From positions 1 to 33,342 of IMG/VR virus record IMGVR_UViG_3300045988_104900: a DNA stretch of 33,342 nucleotides; one strand, given 5' to 3'. How positions within the stretch are numbered: the stretch's first letter is position 1; each line of letters begins with the position of its first letter. Shown here piece after piece: positions 1 through 6,446 of the stretch. The notes beneath the pieces were generated by a model. The model worked only from the letters and a program-made list of their open reading frames with translations, did no database searches and was not told where the DNA came from. Source of the stretch: a virus. Position numbers and translations under genes: made by a program.

Positions 1-32
1 TAGTCTTTTTTACATTACTTTACAAAGAAAAA

Positions 33-44
33 GAAAACGTTTTC
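33..44. promoter_or_regulatory. Perfect 12-bp palindrome GAAAACGTTTTC just upstream of the -35 at 53; candidate operator
   Basis: Self-complementary by inspection. Related GAAAACGGTTTC lies in the spacer of the promoter at 27018..27046. Confidence 0.4.
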
Positions 45-52
45 ATTTCCTA

Positions 53-81
53 TTGACTATATAGGTAATAAGTGATAAATT
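53..81 (+). promoter_or_regulatory. SigA/sigma-70-type promoter (TTGACT, 17-nt spacer, TAAATT, with TG extended -10)
   Basis: TTGACT 53-58, TG 73-74, TAAATT 76-81. Follows terminator 33208..33234 on the circular map and precedes SD GAGGAGG 91-97. Confidence 0.6.
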
Positions 82-107
82 AAAGATACAGAGGAGGTAA
101 AAAGAAT

Positions 108-218
108 ATGAAAAAAAGATATGTATTAAAAGCAGAAGTGAAAGACGAAATAATAGGTTTATCAATGATATCATTACCAATACTAACATTATTCATTTAT
201 TTATTTATAACTAGATAG
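108..218 (+). CDS. Small hydrophobic protein, 36 aa (MKKRYVLKAEVKDEIIGLSMISLPILTLFIYLFITR)
   Basis: ATG 108 lies 10 nt after GAGGAGG. Below the 60-aa ORF-track cutoff. C-terminal hydrophobic segment. TAG stop 216-218. Confidence 0.5.
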   Translation: MKKRYVLKAEVKDEIIGLSMISLPILTLFIYLFITR

Positions 219-233
219 TTTCAAAAAGTAAAA
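218..233 (+). repeat. Intergenic motif copy (GTTTCAAAAAGtAAAA)
   Basis: Variant of the GTTTCAAAAAGAAAA family, immediately after a stop codon. Confidence 0.5.
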
Positions 234-279
234 AATAAAACAGTAAAATATTCTATATGGAAAAGTGGGAGGTGATAGT

Positions 280-447
280 TTGAAACTAGTAAAGCAAAAA
301 TACTATATAGCATCTGGAGAAGCAAAAGTAAATTGCTATAAGCTAGCGATATCTAAAAAGCATTTAGAAAAAGCAGGTATAAAAGAAACAGACGATTTAG
401 AAGTATATACAGAAGGAAATAAAATAATAATCAGAAAAAAGGGATAA
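280..447 (+). CDS. AbrB/SpoVT (MazE-like) DNA-binding protein, 55 aa
   Basis: TTG 280 lies 7 nt after GGAGG (268-272), preferred over the track's GTG 265. KLAISKKHLEKAGIKETDDLEVYTEGNKIIIRK resembles the SpoVT-AbrB pattern (recollection, no search). Confidence 0.55.
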   Translation: MKLVKQKYYIASGEAKVNCYKLAISKKHLEKAGIKETDDLEVYTEGNKIIIRKKG

Positions 448-448
448 A

Positions 449-901
449 ATGAAAAAACTACTTTTACTAGCAATTCTACTAATAGCAACAAAAGAAGTAA
501 GAGCAGAACAAAACGCATATACAGTAACTTACGAGTACGAAACTAGACTAACTTCTTACTATCCGAAGAAGCCAGTAAGCCCTACAGGTAGTGGACTAGG
601 TATAGAAGACTTCGGAGTAAATGAGTTCGGCTGGTATACTTACAAAGGTAAGCTAGTGGTAGCTACAGCTACGAGCTATCTACTTAACTACGGCTGGAGA
701 TATCAAAACGGAGTAAGATTATATAACTACTATGACGTACTGATATTAACCATAGACGGAGTAGACTACGAAGCAATAGTGCTAGATAGTTGCGGTATCT
801 GTATGACAACAGGAAGGATAGACTTATTCGTAGTAAACAGAGATGCGGTAAAAGATACACAAATAACAGTAAAAGAAGTAATTAATAATGAAATGGTATA
901 A
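449..901 (+). CDS. Secreted 3D-domain (RlpA/MltA-like double-psi barrel) protein
   Basis: N-terminal signal peptide MKKLLLLAILLIATKEVRA. C-terminal VLDSCGICMTTGRIDLFV resembles the 3D-domain D..G....RIDL motif. Confidence 0.55.
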   Translation: MKKLLLLAILLIATKEVRAEQNAYTVTYEYETRLTSYYPKKPVSPTGSGLGIEDFGVNEFGWYTYKGKLVVATATSYLLNYGWRYQNGVRLYNYYDVLILTIDGVDYEAIVLDSCGICMTTGRIDLFVVNRDAVKDTQITVKEVINNEMV

Positions 902-913
902 GGAGAAAAGAGT

Positions 914-1120
914 ATGAAAAAGAAAATAAAACTAAAAAAGGCGGGTAAGGTTTTAATAACAGCATTAGTAATAGCATTAGGAATATTAATATACTCAAAA
1001 TTAGGAGATATCGGATCAGAAGCAACTAACAGTAAGCTAGCATTAACACTTTGTTTTCTAGGCTGGTATTATGTACTATTCGTACAGTTTGCAATACTAA
1101 TAGGTTTATGGGAGTTTTAA
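914..1120 (+). CDS. Small membrane protein (two hydrophobic segments)
   Basis: SD AAGGAG before ATG. Hydrophobic stretches VLITALVIALGILIY and YYVLFVQFAILIGLW. Confidence 0.65.
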   Translation: MKKKIKLKKAGKVLITALVIALGILIYSKLGDIGSEATNSKLALTLCFLGWYYVLFVQFAILIGLWEF

Positions 1121-1121
1121 A

Positions 1122-1319
1122 ATGGAACATTTACTAACAGATAAAGAATATAAAAGAATGACAGAACAATACGATAAGGTAAAATATAAATGCAGATGCG
1201 GACACAGAGTAATTATATCCAGTAAAAGAGATAAATCTATTTGTAACTGGTGCGGTAGTTATGTATTTAAAGATAAAAAAAGGGAGTTCGAATATAGATT
1301 AAAGGAGAAGATAAAATGA
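1122..1319 (+). CDS. Small zinc-ribbon protein
   Basis: CRCG...CNWCG Cys4 pattern. SD GGGAG. Ends in TGA followed by gta-taa. ATGA overlap with the next gene. Confidence 0.65.
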   Translation: MEHLLTDKEYKRMTEQYDKVKYKCRCGHRVIISSKRDKSICNWCGSYVFKDKKREFEYRLKEKIK

Positions 1320-1567
1320 GTATAACAAAGGCTATATACGAGCATCTAATAACAAAGAAGAAATATAATACTTTAAAGCTAAAGTATGAAGTAGCGAGAG
1401 AAGATCTGGAGAGAAAGCAAGTAGAATTAAATACAGAAAGAAGAATACGTTTAAAAGAAAAAGAAATATGGGAACAAAGGCTAAAAGATCAGGAAGAAGA
1501 AATAATTAAGTTAAAAAGAAGGAGGAGAAAAAATGAAGGGAAACAGAGTAGCACTGATAATAGCTAA
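1316..1567 (+). CDS. Hypothetical coiled-coil protein
   Basis: SD AAGGAG. Lys/Glu-rich heptad-like sequence. Confidence 0.6.
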   Translation: MSITKAIYEHLITKKKYNTLKLKYEVAREDLERKQVELNTERRIRLKEKEIWEQRLKDQEEEIIKLKRRRRKNEGKQSSTDNS

Positions 1568-1760
1568 TATAGGAGTAATATTTATAATACTAGGGCTAGG
1601 TATTCAAATGATCCAGTATCAAGAGCGAATAGACGACCTTACAGGCTTATTAAACAGAGTTGCAACAGAGAACGCAAAGCTAAAGGCAGAGAATGAAAGC
1701 CTATGGGATAACTACTATATGAATTCAACAAATTATGAAGGATATGTATATTACGAATAG
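1533..1760 (+). CDS. Hypothetical membrane-anchored coiled-coil protein
   Basis: Strong SD GAAGGAGGAG. N-terminal TM segment VALIIANIGVIFIILGLGI. Confidence 0.65.
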   Translation: MKGNRVALIIANIGVIFIILGLGIQMIQYQERIDDLTGLLNRVATENAKLKAENESLWDNYYMNSTNYEGYVYYE

Positions 1761-1768
1761 GAGAGTTT

Positions 1769-2098
1769 ATGATAGACACAAGAAGTACAAAAGCCTACAA
1801 GCTAGAAAAAGAGAATAGAGAGCTTAAAAAGGAAATAAAAGATTTAATAGAGTTATGCAATAAATATGAGTTAGAACATAATACAACATTTAAGTTGTGG
1901 ACTATGAAACTGGAAGAAATACCAAATTATGAAGAAAGTATTAGTTTAAAACAAAGAAACGAAAAGGCAATAGAATATATAAAAACATATAAGTTATTTA
2001 ATTATATTTATGATGAAGAAGAATTATTTGAAATAATAAGTGATAAAAAAGCAAAAGAAGATTTATTAGAAATATTAAAAGGAAGTGATAAAGAGTGA
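1769..2098 (+). CDS. Hypothetical early protein, LLEIL C-terminal family
   Basis: SD TAGGAGAG. C-terminus DLLEILKGSDKE is shared with 2874..3068 and 3055..3258. Ends TGA-TAG. Confidence 0.65.
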   Translation: MIDTRSTKAYKLEKENRELKKEIKDLIELCNKYELEHNTTFKLWTMKLEEIPNYEESISLKQRNEKAIEYIKTYKLFNYIYDEEELFEIISDKKAKEDLLEILKGSDKE

Positions 2099-2152
2099 TA
2101 GATATAGTAGATATTTTAAAAGAAAAAGATATATAACTAATATGGAGGTATT

Positions 2153-2329
2153 ATGAAAGAGTACGAAAAAGAAGAAATAATAAGATACTTGATAGATAAT
2201 ACACCTATGATCCTAGATATAGGAGATAACAACTTAAAATATGATGCAAGAAACATACATTATAAGATTTATAGATACATAAAAGAACTACAAGAAGAAA
2301 TAAACAGGTTAAAGGAGAAGAAAAAATGA
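2153..2329 (+). CDS. Hypothetical small protein, 58 aa
   Basis: SD TGGAGG before ATG 2153. Below the track cutoff. Ends TGA-TAA. ATGA coupling to the next ORF. Confidence 0.55.
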   Translation: MKEYEKEEIIRYLIDNTPMILDIGDNNLKYDARNIHYKIYRYIKELQEEINRLKEKKK

Positions 2330-2412
2330 TAAAATTTATAGCAGGTTATTTTTTAGGCTTTCTAACAGTTTTTATTATTTGTGCCTGCTTAGTAGCTGGT
2401 AGAGACGACTAA
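2326..2412 (+). CDS. Hypothetical 28-aa membrane peptide (MIKFIAGYFLGFLTVFIICACLVAGRDD)
   Basis: ATGA overlap with the upstream ORF, with SD AAGGAG upstream. One hydrophobic helix. Confidence 0.4.
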   Translation: MIKFIAGYFLGFLTVFIICACLVAGRDD

Positions 2413-2415
2413 AAC

Positions 2416-2430
2416 GTTTCAAAAAGAAAA
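2416..2430 (+). repeat. Intergenic motif copy GTTTCAAAAAGAAAA
   Basis: Exact 15-mer. The 19-mer gtttcaaaaagaaaataaa is identical to the copy at 15111. Confidence 0.6.
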
Positions 2431-2445
2431 TAAAGAGGTGATATA

Positions 2446-2865
2446 TTGCTATACGAAGAATACGAGGAGTATAAAAGTAGATATTACGAAGCACAAAGAA
2501 TATATAACGATATTTTAAACGAAAAAGAAGAATTATTCACAAAGACACAGCCTAAAGCAACCAAGATAACTGGAGAAAAGACAGGCGGAGGCAAGCACGA
2601 AAATTTATTTGACGAGTATCTGATCCAGAAAGAAAGAAAAAACATAGATAAGAGACTAGAAGAAGCAAAGTCTATCCTAGACGATAGAGAAAGGCTTTTA
2701 AAACTAAAAGAAGTGGAGTTAAGAGCCAGTAAGCATAGCCACGACAAAATATACAGATGCAGATATATAGATAGACTTACAATAGAAAAGACAGCTAGAT
2801 TATCAAACTACAGCCGAAGCCAAGTATTTAATATTTTAAAAGATATCAGGAAGAAAATAAAATAG
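2446..2865 (+). CDS. Sigma-70 region-4-like HTH protein (candidate late-gene activator, ArpU/RinA/Xpf-type)
   Basis: TTG start after AGAGGTGA. C-terminus IYRCRYIDRLTIEKTARLSNYSRSQVFNILKDIRKKI looks like a sigma region 4 HTH (recollection). Confidence 0.5.
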   Translation: MLYEEYEEYKSRYYEAQRIYNDILNEKEELFTKTQPKATKITGEKTGGGKHENLFDEYLIQKERKNIDKRLEEAKSILDDRERLLKLKEVELRASKHSHDKIYRCRYIDRLTIEKTARLSNYSRSQVFNILKDIRKKIK

Positions 2866-2873
2866 GAGGAAGT

Positions 2874-3068
2874 ATGGAAGGAGAATATTTAAGTCTAGAT
2901 ACGGCTAAGAAGATAGCAGAAAAAGACAAAGAAATAGAAAAACTAAATAATATTATAAATGAATTAGAAAAATATATAAGAAGTAATGAATGGGGAATTG
3001 ACTATGAACATAGTAATTGTAGAACTCATTTATTAGATATTCTAAAAAGAAGTAATGATAATGGATAA
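2874..3068 (+). CDS. Hypothetical early protein, LLEIL C-terminal family
   Basis: SD TAGGAGGA. C-terminus HLLDILKRSNDNG. Confidence 0.65.
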   Translation: MEGEYLSLDTAKKIAEKDKEIEKLNNIINELEKYIRSNEWGIDYEHSNCRTHLLDILKRSNDNG

Positions 3069-3258
3069 CAGAACAATAGAACAAATAAGAGATAATGAAA
3101 CAAAATTAATCAAGGAATTACAACAAAAAGAAAACATAATAAAAGAAGTTAGAGAATATATAAAAGAAAGTTGTTATGATTATGATTTTGATACATATAG
3201 CAATATGACAAGTGATGAAGTTAAAGAACTTTTAGAAATATTAGACAAAGGAGAATAA
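3055..3258 (+). CDS. Hypothetical early protein, LLEIL C-terminal family
   Basis: C-terminus ELLEILDKGE. Ends in the AAAGGAGAATAAGT junction. The start could instead be ATG 3061. Confidence 0.6.
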   Translation: MIMDNRTIEQIRDNETKLIKELQQKENIIKEVREYIKESCYDYDFDTYSNMTSDEVKELLEILDKGE

Positions 3259-3260
3259 GT

Positions 3261-3467
3261 ATGAGTGAAGATAAAAAAGAAACATTAGGATTTATATTAT
3301 TATTTGTAATAATGGTAGGTGGAATGATTTTAATAGTATTTGTAGATAGTTGGCAAAATGGTTTTAAAACTAATAGACAAATATGTGAAGAAAATGGTGG
3401 TGTTTATATAGAAGATTTATCTGCACATAATCAAAATAAATGTATATATGGTATGAAAGGAGAATAA
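3261..3467 (+). CDS. Small membrane protein
   Basis: Junction SD AAAGGAGAATAAGTATG. TM segment LGFILLFVIMVGGMILIVFV. Confidence 0.65.
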   Translation: MSEDKKETLGFILLFVIMVGGMILIVFVDSWQNGFKTNRQICEENGGVYIEDLSAHNQNKCIYGMKGE

Positions 3468-3469
3468 GT

Positions 3470-3733
3470 ATGAAACATTGTGATTTATGTAAGAATAAAA
3501 AAAATATGAATTGTCCTAATAGTGCAGAGTGTTATAACAATGCTGATAGACCTTATTTTCAAGATAAATATTTATATACTAGAATATCTTTTATAGACAA
3601 GATTAAATTATTATTTAAGAAAACTTATATAAGTGTAGATACAACACCATATTTTAGAAGCAAGTTATACTATAAGATTTTACACAACAACATATATGTA
3701 ATAAAAGAAGTTTTAGAAAGCAAAGGAGAATAA
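3470..3733 (+). CDS. Cys-rich small protein, 87 aa (possible zinc finger), last gene before the late leader
   Basis: ATG 3470 follows junction SD AAAGGAGAATAAGT, preferred over the track's 3440. N-terminus CDLCKNKKNMNCPNSAEC. Confidence 0.6.
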   Translation: MKHCDLCKNKKNMNCPNSAECYNNADRPYFQDKYLYTRISFIDKIKLLFKKTYISVDTTPYFRSKLYYKILHNNIYVIKEVLESKGE

Positions 3734-4108
3734 GTGAAAAGCAGGTAAAAATAGGTGAGAACTTATAACATTGGACTAAATTAGACTTTTTTAGTGAGAT
3801 AATAGTAGTGTGAAATAATACATAAAAAGAAAAAGCTATCCTTACAGGTAGCATAGAGTAGATATACCTAGTATTGCATTGTGAAGTTTAGAGACCTATT
3901 ACGAGGGACATATAAGTCAATACATATAGGGAATGAAAGTTCATATTTGATAGGTCAAGAATGACTAATTCTATATCTATTCTATGGTACTTATAAGAGT
4001 ACCTAGCATAGCACCACAAACAGACACGAACGGTGGAAGACAGCGACAAGCTGTCTAGAGGGTATATTTTTTTCATATTCTTTATGTATCCTCTAGAGAG
4101 CTTATCAG
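3734..4108 (+). promoter_or_regulatory. About 375 nt with no credible ORF; hairpin-rich leader upstream of the lysis and late genes
   Basis: Stops in all + frames. Hairpins include gcta(t)cc/ggtagc about 3835-3852, gacctat 3893-3899 with ataggtc 3950-3956, ggtact/agtacc 3986-4003, and agacagc/gctgtct 4038-4056. Candidate extended -10 TGaGATAAT at 3795-3803. Confidence 0.45.
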
Positions 4109-4131
4109 AAGACTAGCAATAGTCTTTTTTT
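4109..4131 (+). terminator. Rho-independent terminator directly upstream of the holin
   Basis: Stem agacta/tagtct with a gcaa loop, followed by 7 T (4125-4131). Confidence 0.7.
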
Positions 4132-4150
4132 ATTGCAGAAAGGAGGACTT

Positions 4151-4360
4151 ATGATACTAAATAATAAAGTTTTTACAGTATTAAAGTGGATCTTAGCAAC
4201 AGCAGTAGCACCTACAATAGCCTTAATTACAGGACTAGGAGAATTATATAACTTTGATGCAACTTTAATAGTAGGGACTATTTCATTAGTAGCTACATTC
4301 TTAGGAGCATTACTAGGAGTATCAAATTATAACTATCAAAAAGAGAAGGAGGATAGATAA
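4151..4360 (+). CDS. Holin (SPP1/LL-H phage_holin_1-like)
   Basis: ATG 4151 after AAAGGAGG. NNKVFTVLKWILATAVAPTIALITGLGELY...GTISLVATFLGALLGVS matches the holin_1 pattern. Sits upstream of the endolysin. Confidence 0.75.
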   Translation: MILNNKVFTVLKWILATAVAPTIALITGLGELYNFDATLIVGTISLVATFLGALLGVSNYNYQKEKEDR

Positions 4361-4361
4361 G

Positions 4362-4892
4362 ATGCTTGAAATATGGAGAGATATCAAAAATTATGAGGGA
4401 ATATATGAAGTCAGTAATTTAGGAAGAATAAAAAGTATTTCAAGAAATGGAACTATCAAAGAAAATAGAATATTAAAGCCTAATAAAGTAATGGGATATA
4501 GCCAAGTAGGGCTACAAAAGTACGGAACTAGAAAATATAAAAAAATACATAGATTAGTAGCCGAAGCATTTATACCTAACCCAGAAAACAAGAAAGAAGT
4601 TAATCATAAAGACGGAAATAAGACTAATAATTGCGTAGATAATCTAGAATGGGTAACAACTAGCGAAAATCAGTTACATTCTTATTACGAATTAAAAAAT
4701 AATATTAAATCAGTTATACAACTATCATTAAATAATGAAATTATTAAAGAATGGGAAAGTATAGCTAAAGTAGAACAAGAATTAAAAATATCAAATGCGG
4801 ATATATGCAAGTGCTGTAAAGGTAAAAGAAAAACAGCAGGAGGCTATAAATGGAGATATAAAGAAAATATAGGAGGTATGATATTATGTTAA
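4362..4892 (+). CDS. Free-standing HNH homing endonuclease (NUMOD4 plus HNH_3 type)
   Basis: EIWRDIKNYEGIYEVSNLGRIKS (NUMOD4), HRLVAEAFIPNP...NHKDGNKTNNCVDNLEW (HNH), C-terminal GGYKWRY. Paralogue of 16469..16951 and 28754..29281. Confidence 0.85.
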   Translation: MLEIWRDIKNYEGIYEVSNLGRIKSISRNGTIKENRILKPNKVMGYSQVGLQKYGTRKYKKIHRLVAEAFIPNPENKKEVNHKDGNKTNNCVDNLEWVTTSENQLHSYYELKNNIKSVIQLSLNNEIIKEWESIAKVEQELKISNADICKCCKGKRKTAGGYKWRYKENIGGMILC

Positions 4893-5866
4893 AGGGACTA
4901 GACCTTAGCCATTGGCAAAGTAACTTTGACGCATTTAACAGCGTAGACTTTGCAATAATTAAAGCTACAGAAGGAGTAGGATATAAAGATCCAGCATTCG
5001 ATACTTTATATCAAAGAGCTAAAAACTCAGGTAAATTATTAGGAGTATATCACTTTGCTAGACCAGATCTAAATAATAGTGCAGTAGCAGAGGCAGACTG
5101 GTTTATTAAAGTAGTAAGACCTTATGTAAGAGAAGCTATTCTAGTATTAGACTGGGAAAGCGGATATCTAGGTAATGTAGCGTGGGCTAAAGCCTTCCTA
5201 GATAGAGTAAGAGAGCAAACAGGAATAAAAGCATTATTATACGCTAGTAGAAGTCCTATTAATTCTTTTAACTGGAGTAGCGTAGCAAACGCAGACTACG
5301 GACTATGGGTAGCAGACTACGGAGCTAATACAGGCCAAGAATGTACTAAGCCAGTAGTTAAGTGGTGGCCTTTTTATATTCTATGGCAATATACTAGCAA
5401 AGGTAGAGTAGCAGGATATAACGGAAACGTAGACTTAAATAACTTCTATGGAGATGCGGAAACGTGGAGAAAGTACGCTACGTCAGAAAGTAACCCAGCA
5501 CCTACACCAGCTCCAGAGCCAGCTAAGAAGACTAACGAGCAACTAGCAGAAGAAGTACTAGAGGGCAAATGGGGAAACGGAGAAGAAAGAAAGAAAAGAC
5601 TAACAGATGCAGGCTATAACTATCAAGCAGTACAAGATATAGTAAATGCTAAACTAGGAATTAATAAGAACGAGATAAAAGTAGGTACTAGAGTAAAGAC
5701 AGTAAAAGTAGGAAACGGAGCTAGTGACGGATCAGGTAATAGGGCAAGATCAGGAATAACAGGAACTATTACAAGAATTATAGACGGAGCTAAGTATCCA
5801 TATCTAGTATCTAATGGGAATACACCTATAGGCTGGTACAAGAAAGAAGCGTTACAAATTGTATAA
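4886..5866 (+). CDS. Endolysin: GH25 muramidase, Cpl-7 (CW_7) repeat, SH3-like C-terminus
   Basis: GLDLSHWQ...IIKATEG...GVYHFARP (GH25). PAPTPAPEPA linker. LEGKWGNGEERKKRLTDAGYNYQAVQDIVN (Cpl-7-like). Confidence 0.9.
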   Translation: MLKGLDLSHWQSNFDAFNSVDFAIIKATEGVGYKDPAFDTLYQRAKNSGKLLGVYHFARPDLNNSAVAEADWFIKVVRPYVREAILVLDWESGYLGNVAWAKAFLDRVREQTGIKALLYASRSPINSFNWSSVANADYGLWVADYGANTGQECTKPVVKWWPFYILWQYTSKGRVAGYNGNVDLNNFYGDAETWRKYATSESNPAPTPAPEPAKKTNEQLAEEVLEGKWGNGEERKKRLTDAGYNYQAVQDIVNAKLGINKNEIKVGTRVKTVKVGNGASDGSGNRARSGITGTITRIIDGAKYPYLVSNGNTPIGWYKKEALQIV

Positions 5867-6218
5867 AAGCTGTAGTAGATGCGGTAAGGTACATAGTACA
5901 AAGTATATATGCAACCATAACAAAGATAAAAAAGATACAGAAGTAAGAAGGCTAAGACAAAAAAATATATGGCATAAGAAATCAGAAGAAATAAGAAAAG
6001 CTAGTAATTATATATGTAGTGTATGTAGGGAAGAAGGTAGATACACTCATACAGGATTAGAGGTACACCATATAACACCAGTAAAAGAAGACAGAGATAG
6101 ACTACTAGATAACTATAATCTAATATGTTTATGTCAGGAACACCACAAACAAGCGGAGATAGGTAAGATAGACAGAGACTATTTATATCTACTAGCTAGG
6201 GACAGGGAGGACGACTAA
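5859..6218 (+). CDS. HNH endonuclease associated with cos packaging
   Basis: CSRCG...CSVC...EVHHITP...LCLCQEHH. Lies immediately upstream of the C-rich region and the P27 TerS. TTG start, weak SD. Confidence 0.8.
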   Translation: MYKSCSRCGKVHSTKYICNHNKDKKDTEVRRLRQKNIWHKKSEEIRKASNYICSVCREEGRYTHTGLEVHHITPVKEDRDRLLDNYNLICLCQEHHKQAEIGKIDRDYLYLLARDREDD

Positions 6219-6320
6219 CACCCCCCTACACTCAGGAGGGAATAAAAAGAAATTTTTCAAAACCCACCCGCCACCTTTCTTTACAAAAATTATAAAATTT
6301 ATAAGTTTTTTTTGTAAAAC
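6219..6320. other. Candidate cos/packaging region (C-rich tracts plus an AT-rich imperfect palindrome)
   Basis: cacccccctacactcaggaggg (6219-6240) and cccacccgccacc (6263-6275) stand out in AT-rich DNA. tttacaaaaa...tttttgtaaa inverted repeat at 6280-6318. Position is between the HNH gene and TerS. Confidence 0.45.
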
Positions 6321-6446
6321 TAACAAAAAACGCACAATAATTAAGAAAAACAGTGCAAAAATGTATAAAAAGAGTAAAAAAAATTAAGGGTACTATAAAA
6401 TAAGCATATTTAAGTAATGAAATAAAAGAAAATGAGGTGAAGAAAT

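Larger units (their letters stand above)
1..119. repeat. Terminal direct repeat copy 1, identical to 33224..33342 (circular or circularly permuted 33,223-bp unit)
   Basis: Bases 1-119 (tagtcttttttacattac...gaatatgaaaaaaaga) recur exactly as the last 119 bases of the window. Confidence 0.95.

Noticed and set aside
3440-3469. Upstream start choices from the ORF track (3440, 4133, 265, 26948, 27045, 26402)
   Set aside because: In each case a downstream ATG or TTG has a properly spaced GGAGG-type SD. The upstream start has none or overlaps the SD itself.
3888-4076. 62-aa - strand ORF (MKKIYPLDSLSLSS...) inside the non-coding leader
   Set aside because: It has only a poorly spaced GAGGA upstream and an odd composition. 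It would be a lone antisense gene and it overlaps the hairpins. It is treated as non-coding, though a small antisense gene cannot be excluded without data.
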